Made by a program: the position numbers and the translations under genes
Notes under the pieces: generated by a model
What the model was told of the DNA's origin: nothing
The model's input: only the letters and a program-made list of their open reading frames with translations
Databases searched by the model: none
Shown here: positions 61,301 through 64,000 of the stretch, one piece after another
Layout: each line of letters starts with the position of its first letter
Position numbering within the stretch: the first letter of the stretch is position 1
Source of the DNA: Nitrosopumilaceae archaeon
Lineage (GTDB): Archaea > Thermoproteota > Nitrososphaeria > Nitrososphaerales > Nitrosopumilaceae
Reading direction: 5' to 3'
DNA length: 64,000 nucleotides
NCBI GenBank assembly: GCA_965203465.1
Contig: CBDBCR010000001.1
Coordinates: forward strand, 608,001 to 672,000

Positions 61301-62719
61301 CAGGCCGGCGGCCTCGGGCCCCTGGCGTCGGGCGGCGCGGCGTTCGGCGAGGCCATCGCCATATCTTCCAGCTCGTCGACGGCGCACCTGTCCGAAGACC
61401 AGCGCGAGGCCTACCCTCTGCTCTTCGACGGCATAACCACGACGGTCCAGGTGGGCCACCCCGGCCGCGACATTATATTCGACAGGCCGGTGCTCCTAGA
61501 GTTCGACATACCGCTGCGCGGCGCGCTGGTCTTTTCTGTCGGCACCCTCGGCGTGCCGCTGCCGATACCTGCCTGCGATCCGTCCTGGGACACCTCGGCG
61601 CTGCCCGTGGGCCAGTCGGTACCCGAGGGCTGGCCGCCGGGCACGTACGATACGAACGCGTGCGTCGACGAGGATTCCGATTCGGTCTGGACCGGGCATT
61701 TCAGCCTCTTCGGGGTATCGCAGCCGCCCCCGCGCGGCGGCTCGGAGTGCGACGACTGCACCCCGCCGACGCTCGGCTACGACCAGTACGGCGCAAAGCT
61801 GGTCGATGCGGGATTTGCGTACAACGGACTGGCCTCGGACGTGGAGTACTTTTTCACCCCGTACCCGCTCATAGAGTCCGAGGTGGGCGCGGAGAACGCC
61901 GTGGTGCTGAAAATATACGAAAACGAGGGCCCGCAGAACGTATCGCACGCCGCGCTGGCCTTCGGGCTGCGCTCCGGCGAGGTGATATCGGAGAGCAGGG
62001 CGGTCATAAACTACGACATTTCGTTCGACGGGGCCGGGACGGTCTCCGTGATAGATCCGGACGGGGCCATCGACCTGGACACTTTGGCAGCCGAGCACGA
62101 GACGGTCCAGTGCTCGCCCGGCTCGGAGCTGGAGTGCCTCCAGATAACGATAAAGCACGCGTTCCGCGCGCCGCTCGAGTTCGACATCGTGGGCACCGAC
62201 GTGTGGGATTCGCAGCGCAACTCGTGGCAAAACTACTACAACCACGGCATAAAAATATCGGGCGAGCCGCTCGACGGCCGGCCCGGAATCGAGGTCGACG
62301 GGATGGTGCTGCACCCCATATCGCCCGACTCTACGAACAGGGACGTGATGATGTCCCCCGACGGGCACCTGTTCAAGCTGTCCCCCGACGGCCGGTACGA
62401 GCCGCTCTCCAACCAGTCGCGGCTGTACCACGACATAGACGAGTCCATGTACCTGTACAGGGGCGTGCCCATGCAGGGCTACGACCGTTCCGATCCCGAG
62501 TTCCGCGACCGGCTCTACGAGCAGGTCGCAGAGGCGCAGAGGGTGCTCGACGCCATGATGCCGGCCCCCGAGGCCGAGGGCGAGGTGTCGGCGCCGGTAT
62601 CGCCGGACAGGCAGGCCGAAGAGGAGCGCCTGCGCGCGGCCATAGCCGCGGAGCAGGAGCGGGCCCGCCTGCTCTTCGATGTATTGTTCGGGTACTTGGA
62701 CATAAACGGGCAGAATTAG
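40400..62719 (+). CDS. Giant (7439 aa) secreted surface protein: LVIVD-type beta-propellers, dozens of Ig-like repeats, thaumarchaeal C-terminal domain
   Basis: Signal peptide; repeated G(L/F)QIID(I/V)(S/T)DP..P blades at about 41.6-44.9 kb; 100-125 aa repeats DGIAP...V.FSEPV...W..SG.DA...D..GN.LA; C-terminal CDDCTPPTLGYD...TPYPLI region. Confidence 0.9.
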   Translation: MENLHRLAAAAAVFAAFVLAVPLAEATTPTITGAKAIALDKIEVTFSEPVTTAKNSETGWTATGGDLGTLRIIDGTSLSTPKNKVVFELSGKLPDTTPTGITLSYSTQSNCEPVWGGQLCRTIADIEDAAGDRLASRSNIPVSDGIAPTFTASATSTTGITVVFSETVTGTGTVSGTWTLSGDDAGTRTVTGSAPAGNSVSLTVSPALTDRSPDLRLTYNPSSGDLADSSGNEPSGIVKVSDRIKPLKPSITTQAVTVTSPSFDVAGTAEENSEVAVYVGARAESGAARAAGGSWTKTVTLEPGANSITAKATDRAGNESDASEAVSVTYNPTGTVITTVPSTFTSTTQTIEGRAPSGSSVSLYRAGLSAALATGAAGSAGLWSIQVELVAGDNVLTAVSTQGGVDVRSASVTFVLDTATHELAVVSSIRDEEGVFGTLAAPRDVEMFERNGKTYALVASAADSGLQLIDMSDPNEPDPVASVETSGLPFDVEIAEVGQKTFAIVAAHRNGAVDFVDITDLSAISKVRTVRHDSLDPAGGGFLRLEGGRSLDHFTVNSKHYIIVASDAGKTTLAPGGFLIMEFNENVNTDGTRTAPNFKHVYSNHQKQTDENGAEVVYSENRGGYGSAIFDPHARFDAGANAFVPVTNREGIRGYPGTFDVPRGGVAIYTWVLSVDKDSNWKSFPNRADNWNSLTDSQGRPRTVTAAGWPVPLTGNMDKVETAPSRVLVMNDNDTPADKSDDWLEASFGYGYSKGSIFRSPISERQVPNDGGSTLVAVDANGRPFEKRGLDAAGTLFPALEGAGSVDTFAVTKDGSTKTYAAIAAEELDAVQIIDISAPAAPLHVEAVFDGGRDEAGGQFLELDGAAGIEVVTINSKPYAVVASYRDDGFQIIDLSDPGSPLAASSGADRPGRAQGAYSTLDGPTSVHTFEHTVAGGQRTYALFTAGGYEDDGDGGGFQLVDITDPVRPYATGSGRDGERCSTAARYNYLGGANSAATAVIEGRLYSVIAGMDDDGIQTVRMDLSRRGSTLTVVNATADDTGGYSALGAPRSSEIAQINGRTYMFVSSFKEGDALDGARVVGNGGGLQIIDVTNPAAPQPAASLIDTDNTPFDILRGVGDIDVFEVGGRPYAIVTAQDEWAYSPDDGGPASRGGFLILDVSDPHNPRRASGVLAGQPYGGGDTGQSSFKMSGPIGVDTAKIGAKTYAVIASNYQLPAHNSGVSVVDISNPRLPKPVEWIAAGSSDDYGSPYSALGRTYDVEIFKTNSKTYAAVTSPNKNGVQFIDISAPGDPRAAGHRIHDAQLQKARTVSTITINNSHTGDEPRTYAVVVGGNDYTEELHYPLPWVPGRHTVPFGYMTVIDATDPASPSVARSVSKGGNGALGNFDLAGAWGVDAYHLGAKAYAAVACGSYVWGSHNECNGVTVVEITDPDQPRQRGRLVERPAAPSAENHLLDSRGIDTFISGAQAYSASGSFADQGIQILRLSTVRDTTAPAIEKAALNPDRGILEITFNELVRASSANFDLAGLSVNSVVGHSPDGRLSGAELLTAADDTLMRISLSDSDKTAFAALFASTPYPRLDVAAGAFDDQDGNDVEAIPDVTIEKLETSPVLRESSLDLGTGLVRLFFSEAVDATPPSRVDLAKFEMYKLTDVNAKISLSSSSLVTGSDDRTLEIQLDEPTRLSVVELDAVPVIDLGEGAVRGSEGEHLSDASSGNVFTRVYEDRTRPELVSAVRDGGALVLTFTEPVKVAAADFDLDQIMFYRHGDRPGATYLAVGLSSATVSTAEDSETVRITLTTAQTNAMGSHKDLVLEMVLDGGLSAVEDVTGYGIGQVTEPLRNPDGTGPVLDSSEAPAFGSTGRTLTVVFSEGLWTAETDPSKFHVRDGAGNANTAGQVTPTEAELEEGIDGSETVRFVLSEASAALIEAMSDPHLYLDSGAVRGSDSDPSAAAQAGRDVSEPAQARPAIRSATALDLSTISVQFTKQVTSAAGSADMAGAWRLGGPDSEPGGIPLTFSAATSLSSATDTLALTINGRLISPASDVYIGYDDSRGVSISDAGDSSLTLSSATTVIGGASTFEATATASNTITVIFSDPVSEAGTSGPGGWSVSGPDAGALEVSERTDISASSRTLVLTLDGHLTSTNPEITLDYDEAAGEVRNEHFEISGSVRVSDGLAPRISSAEAVSFETISVSFSEPMALSDTHAHGWSISGTDAAGLHVDLSTATSGSDAVVLTLDEELADGAPDGVYLRYETSGQDVGSDALSGAGEISDLAGNALVAVSSITVSDGIAPQFSARITGDTQVTVDFTEPVSSADNSYLHWEFSHADGSAPHTAPLSAASLSSLTSSMALQLNRALPLPTADLSIEYLGVGTVSDGAGNELAAASAEVSEDRRPFIESARATAADTVVVTFTKPVSSAAAPADLAGAWSVSGGDADAPAQLGVQSASSLQNPTRALTLTLSGSLPDTKPDGVSVAYDSTPDSGTAVAVSDAGGAALLDASVSVSDGIAPTFAASSPAPDKVRVVFSEPVSYTSTPAAATWILGGADLPPGVAVSANPAVSGARTALLTLSGSLNDPVGDVTLRYDDGPGNARDASGNDLESATAPVARDPAPTITSAKATKINEITVTFSKAVLTSDTEGRGWSVSGTDAIALHVEASSDVSAGSTTVVLTLDGNLADSAPDGVLLRYETDGRDISGDLGSGSGGIRDSAFNPLAARSSITVSDGIPPTISARTVPAQSVIYEFSESVNRGSQPFTVIGYTGGNCGTTQTTNSGNGFRYNVLNAQCPFSPSERGHFFLTLNDITDNGGNRLGTGRLALPIDDGIAPTITRSEATSLDTIRVTFNESVTTTDTTGKGWSISGTDAGSRTVDSSTALDGNSVILTLSDPLPDTRPALKLKYDTSGTDAAGDPGSGSGDITDQPYTSFVVNGVTIQRSDVAQYLTFPESTGNPLADVAEDFVFDGIAPTASFEVTGDRTITVTFSETVQGSDNDKSHWSISGSDAAGIQISSVSSLASFTDTMTITLDKDLPARLTDLKLAYDAGGNINDLSLRLAAFAATAVPDERGPSIMSAVATGPDTILVTFSRAVSSSDADSDLLSAWSLSGTDATAGATPLTVSAATSLSLSTSTLGLTLSGNLPDTRPDLVLTYDSTPSQSTTVSITDAGSEALPDSSVDVGDGLAPSVSSAQYTGRGTVLVEFGEPVKLESGNAQSGWTVSGTDIGAATSASPPAGLATSSATSVSLTLDGQLADKTLLDFTLSYQSGNLVDESGNALEAYSEKPDDGLAPRVLSAEIFTGNQARITYSEPVTATLLDYQVSVGGQARNVPIIFGTGTDTHRVQFTGTAGTGATGFLTIDSRSVLDGSGNALGDSAALRQNLADGQSPTVASATVADRRTIQVAFSESVRLSGAGTAPFGWAISGADANSAEVDSISDISESVSGTSATLTLDRDIADTTSPSVAVAYSGGNIEDTAGNALAAYAATAATDGIAPSVSSAEYVSRDTVLLTFSEPVRLSSAGAPTGWTVSGADRGSATGAGAGQGDIAPLTDQVSASSATLTLNGNLADKTILDFTLAYSGGNIEDAAGNALGQYSERPSDGIRPEIESAVAGTLNSVTVVFSEPVLATSTAPSETWTLGGSGRPASVAVNDNPPIPTAATRTTLGLSGSLNDPLGTVTLAYDAGTGDVRDESGNGLASYTASVVLDMPPSVSSARVTGPDSVVIQYSEPVEAVQSDYRSLAVGGQARAVSGLLGGTTATHTITFRGEDPFGTDATGSVSINAPNITDATGNALGAGVIQQPLSDGQSPTVSAEYTARNSVALTFSEPVRLSSGSVPAGWTVSGTDKGAATAASSVSVITTSVTSTSATLTLNGQLADKTLLDFTLSYSGGNIEDDDGNALAAYSATPDDGIAPTVSSAKYTSRNMVDLEFSEPVRLSSGGAPTDWTVSGTDKGAATAASSVSVITTSVTSTSTTLTLDGNLADKTVLDFTLAYAATGNIEDQGGNALAAYSATPDDGIAPKITSAKVTGPNQITVAFSEHVFTQGSHYSSIVVDGAGRGISGSQTGRTVAAVISFDGAAAGTGAAGDLTINAGQVVDDANNALGTQAALPVTLTDGQAPTFTAEATGLDEITVTFSESLSISDETARGWSVSGADATGRTVDSSTPVSNGDTVVLTLSSDLEDTRPDGVLLRYEVSGTDVSGDPGSGSGTIADSASNALAAISSVTVSDGIAPEVSSAKYTARNSVELSFSEPVRLSSAGAPTGWSASGADVVSSPTAGSAISVLTASATATSATLTLDSNLADKTSLDFTLSYDEAAGNIEDESDNALARYSEKPDDGLAPRITSAKATGLDQITVTFSENMNISDTTAQGWSVSGTDAAGRTVDSSTAVSNGDTVVLTLGSDMEDTKPDGVLLQYKTSSGDVGSDPGSGSGAIADPSSNALAARQSIPVSDGIAPTATAEATALDRITVTFSEPVSVPANAQGWSISGTDAAGLDVTASTSTSSGLSTVLTLSGNLADTNPDNAVLRYKTSAGNVGSDADSGSGAIGDPDSNALAARQSMPVSDGLAPTASFALTDDRAITVSFSEPVSSPDNDASHWSISGADASGLAVSSVSSLTSATGSMTVALDGDVPVPSADLKLAYSAGGTISDGASLVLAAVPAAAVQDDRRPSIMSAKAVNPAATGPSTIVVVFTREVSSSNNPSDIPSAWSVSGTDATVNGSALAVSGASSLSVSTKTLTLTLDGRLPDTRPDLDLAYDSTPASGTAVSIADANSRAMADASVAVADGIAPAVEKAEITGPTTITITYGEAVTAGAAAYSPPTVDNYFRSAPTVSGSGTAVHTLTFTTPSGTPAVGTGAAGSVTIAEAEITDESGNAMMRTTGARMQPLADGQAPTFTAKATELDKITVTFSEPLTVLGTNAQGWSVSGGDAADRTVDSSTSVTSGTTMVLTLSSDMDDTKPDGVLLQYKISSGDVGSDANSGSGAIADPSSNALAARANITVLDGIAPAVVSSKITGPNTITVTYGEAVTATTAHYAPTVGTARAVSALAGSGTAVHTLTFGGDAAGTGDTGTVSIDAAQVKDTSDNALGTSAISRNLDDGQSPEVSSATVTDRRTVSVTFSEDVKLSGTAAAPYGWTLSGADANSRQVSSVSGIDTNTAAGTATLTLDGDIADKTDPAVTVAYSGASIVDSEGNPLAAYAATAADDGIAPTLTARATSLTTIEVTFSEPVDAPATNAQGWSISGTDAPSLQVISSTATSSGLSTVLTLSGSLADTNPDNAVLRYKTSAGDVPGDAASGSGAIEDLASNALAARQNVPVSDGIAPAIELAESREADKITVVFSESVSGTATGAGTWALSGSGAGGRTIGYAAFSGTSVVLSVSSAFPEPIGEVTLSYSSSAGDIKDGADIDLASVATTVTQNLAPTIASAEATAPGEITVTFSETVSGTATDAGGTWKLSGTDAGSIAVTQYPGVSSNAVILGISPALTTTSPSLQLQYIRGPGDIQDSTNKPLASTTSPHVTVSDGIAPAVKSAKATSLREITVEFSEDLSVSGTNAQGWSVSGGDAAGRTVDSSTAVSSGDTVVLTLSSDMDDTKPDGVVLQYKTSSGDVGSDANSGSGAIADPSSNALAARANIPVSDGIAPAVVSSKITGPNTITVTYGEAVTATASNYTPTVGTARAVSALAGSGTAVHTMTFGGAVAGTGDTGTVSIDAAQVNDGSDNALGTSAISRNLDDGQSPAVASVTVTDRRTLSVAFSEAVQLSGAGTKPFGWTLSGADAGSVQVDSVGGITQSASATTATLALDGDIADKTDPAITVAYSGGNIADTAGNALADYAAATATDGIAPAVTSVTVTSRNTIDVEFSEPVRLDPAGAPTGWTLSGADADSRTVSTIGFGSSARTATLTLNGNIADKTNPAVTVAYADSGNLEDLAGNALAAYAAATATDGIAPAVTSATVDSRNTISVAFSEPVRLDPAGAPTGWTLSGADADSRLVSTIAFGSPASTATLTLDGNIVDKTDPSITVAYAAGGNLEDSAGNSLAAYSAAAGDGIAPVILSAESRELDKITVTFSEAMDATQTNAANTWTLGGADRPATVEVSGNPAITTDTTTLELSGDLDDPIGTVTLRYNAGAGDAEDKSDNALASQTVTVTQNLAPLIASAEATSLDSITVTFSEAVRGTSTNPDGTWKLDGADAGTITVSRYPAPSGTSLVLGLSGELPDTDPGLSLQYVRNPGDVEDLTGTPLESTQSPHVTVSDGIAPALSSAALNEGTGVLTLTFTETVDVSEMNEAAIYVREAGASSGGVALSASARTTAADSAAVSFTLSEQNRQAVIAMATPQLDMGAGAVRDQSSNSSAAASDRPIAAEPDTVRPQLQSASLDEGAGTIVLTFDEKMATPTAAQAARVEIGTSGANIVFAEADIASAVLDSAGTTVTITVSEAKRQEIIAAAPSDIDLLSGGLRDVSSADASSSGTALTATPDTTRPALASAVLNTDDGVLVLSFSETMDASSFAGELAKVSVNTPGDPVRLAGTARADGTNVIVTLDPDVLRSLLAVISAAPNAGAPGLLSLAVPGAAPQFADTSGNAVTAVSGNILIEDGRPPSMVSASVTSSDTIVVRFSEDLADGTVQTSDFSVPGYDVSSVSELSGTVTITMANPDTFTMRDAPGVRTAGPVSDLFGNTLEPGARIQSVNAIMPVMISQFTVSHDGPAKAGDRIQITFRAQGTVAMDAALRVNGQAVATVSAENGFDATYTVPAGAPQGPLKLYVEIVSGTGTPTEFSERDLTGPNAVVDTVPPSVVYASIAGIDSVTVIYSEPVTASASDYAGIEADGASPVPASGVLGSGSKSILVSWSGGGATPSSVRLTAGAVTDAAGNAAAPSQVTAAAARTEVTLEEPGIPLARGTVVGTVTAPSGIEPVVDVSSFTGTVTDPAVIGAGGGSAVFDSELRIVTRTFGLPDATFPAGTQAGGLGPLASGGAAFGEAIAISSSSSTAHLSEDQREAYPLLFDGITTTVQVGHPGRDIIFDRPVLLEFDIPLRGALVFSVGTLGVPLPIPACDPSWDTSALPVGQSVPEGWPPGTYDTNACVDEDSDSVWTGHFSLFGVSQPPPRGGSECDDCTPPTLGYDQYGAKLVDAGFAYNGLASDVEYFFTPYPLIESEVGAENAVVLKIYENEGPQNVSHAALAFGLRSGEVISESRAVINYDISFDGAGTVSVIDPDGAIDLDTLAAEHETVQCSPGSELECLQITIKHAFRAPLEFDIVGTDVWDSQRNSWQNYYNHGIKISGEPLDGRPGIEVDGMVLHPISPDSTNRDVMMSPDGHLFKLSPDGRYEPLSNQSRLYHDIDESMYLYRGVPMQGYDRSDPEFRDRLYEQVAEAQRVLDAMMPAPEAEGEVSAPVSPDRQAEEERLRAAIAAEQERARLLFDVLFGYLDINGQN

Positions 62720-62783
62720 CCCGGCTTTAGTGCCTTATCAGGAACGGAAACCGTGCGGAGCCGTGGAGATAGATCTTTCTTCC

Positions 62784-64000
62784 ATGGAGGGGACGGCCTA
62801 CTCGGACATGATGGAGTCGGTGGGCAGCGACGTGACAAAGTACGTGTACAAGAACAGCCTGGCAGCGTTCATGGCGGCGGTGCCCGACGGCGTCTTTGAA
62901 AAATACGCCGGGATCCGGCCAAAGTCGCGCGGCATCGAGGACATGTGCGAGGCGTTCGTGGGGCTGGCCAGGTCGAACCCGGACGCGGCCAAGGCGGCCG
63001 TGCGCAGCTACGTAAAGGGCCTCAAGGAGCTGGTCGGAAAGGGCAGGCTGAGCCCCAACACCGTCCCCAACAAGATAAAGCCGGTAAAGGCGCTGCTGGC
63101 AGCGGCCGAGATAGACCTGTCCTGGAGGGCGATCAACAAGATGATGCCGCCGCCGGTCAAGAGCCGCGACCGCGCGTACACGCGCGACGAGCTGCGGGCC
63201 ATGCTGGCCGGCTCGCCGAGCCTGACCGACAAGTTCATAGTGCTTTTCTTCTCGTCGGGCGGCTTCCGGGTGGGGGCGTGGGACTATTTTTGCTGGGAGG
63301 ACCTGGTGCCGGTCGGCGACCCGCCGGAGGGCGCCGCGCTGCGGGTGTACCGCGGGTACCCCGAAGAGTACTGGACGTTCGTGACGCCCGAGGCGTACGC
63401 GGTCGCGCAGCTGTACAGCAAAGAGTGGGAGCACAGGTTCGGGCGGGCGCCGCGCGGCTCCGATCCGCTGCTCGCCTCGGTGAGGTACGACACGCCGGTC
63501 CGGCTCGGCGTCAACAGCGTCAAGAGCAGGGTGGCCAAGATAGTCTCGCGCGCCGGCCTCCGCCCGCCCGGAAAGGGGCGCAGGATGCACGCGGTCAAAC
63601 TAGACCACGGGTTCCGCAAGTACTTCAACACCATGATGAGGCGGGCCAAGGTGGACTACCTGGACAAGGAGGACATGATGGGCCACAAGGTGGGCCTCGA
63701 ATCCCACTACGAGCGGTACAACGAGGAGGATTTCGAGCGGTTCCCAGAGTACAGAAAGGCCATACCGTTCTTGACCGTCTCGGACGAAGAGCGGCTCAGG
63801 GTCGAGGCGAGGGCCAAGCAGGCCAAGATAGACGAGCTGACCGCCCTGCGGAGGAGGGAGGAGGCGGGCAGGAAGCGGATAAAGTCGCTCAAAAAGGAGG
63901 CGGCCGGCGAGCGCGAGCTGCGCGACCGGGTGTTCGAGATGGTCGAAGAGATCGTGGGCCGGCTGGGCGACGGGCCGTGCGCGAGCTGCGGCGGGGAGCA
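62784..64000 (+). CDS. Tyrosine recombinase/integrase with C-terminal coiled coil (partial, runs off window; absent from ORF track)
   Basis: Open frame from ATG 62784: DRAYTRDEL, SSGGFRVGA (R), DHGFRKYF (HxxR), MMGH, SHYER (Y), EYRKAIPFLTVSDEERL. Confidence 0.9.
   Translation, partial: MEGTAYSDMMESVGSDVTKYVYKNSLAAFMAAVPDGVFEKYAGIRPKSRGIEDMCEAFVGLARSNPDAAKAAVRSYVKGLKELVGKGRLSPNTVPNKIKPVKALLAAAEIDLSWRAINKMMPPPVKSRDRAYTRDELRAMLAGSPSLTDKFIVLFFSSGGFRVGAWDYFCWEDLVPVGDPPEGAALRVYRGYPEEYWTFVTPEAYAVAQLYSKEWEHRFGRAPRGSDPLLASVRYDTPVRLGVNSVKSRVAKIVSRAGLRPPGKGRRMHAVKLDHGFRKYFNTMMRRAKVDYLDKEDMMGHKVGLESHYERYNEEDFERFPEYRKAIPFLTVSDEERLRVEARAKQAKIDELTALRRREEAGRKRIKSLKKEAAGERELRDRVFEMVEEIVGRLGDGPCASCGGE

Overview
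High-GC archaeal DNA, most likely a Nitrosopumilaceae / Cenarchaeum-like thaumarchaeon. This is inferred from TATA-type, often leaderless promoters, thaumarchaeal-type thrC, a ThiS-ThiF fusion, the giant surface protein and the integrase. There are three zones. (1) 1-12 kb: housekeeping and surface-glycosylation genes (Ard1/RimI, G1P thymidylyltransferase, epimerase, LOG/SLOG, thrC, MoaD-MoeB fusion, SIS isomerase, GT4, Wzm/Wzt). (2) About 12-40 kb: a decaying defence island. It holds IS relics, toxin-antitoxin-like pairs, a KAP NTPase, an ABC-ATPase + TOPRIM pair, a complete type III CBASS (CdnC-HORMA-TRIP13-Cap4/SAVED), a PIN nuclease, a truncated OLD-TOPRIM fused back-to-back with a Bil-like E2-JAB-E1 operon, and two SIR2 paralogues. 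It also carries four copies of an unannotated 35-43 aa 'DNxxxQxNP' microprotein gene that are below the ORF-track cutoff and sit beside toxic effectors. (3) 40-64 kb: a 7,439-aa secreted beta-propeller/Ig-repeat protein preceded by G9 and G15 tracts, then a tyrosine integrase that runs off the window. No rRNA, tRNA or CRISPR array was seen. All family calls come from motif recognition by eye, not from database searches.
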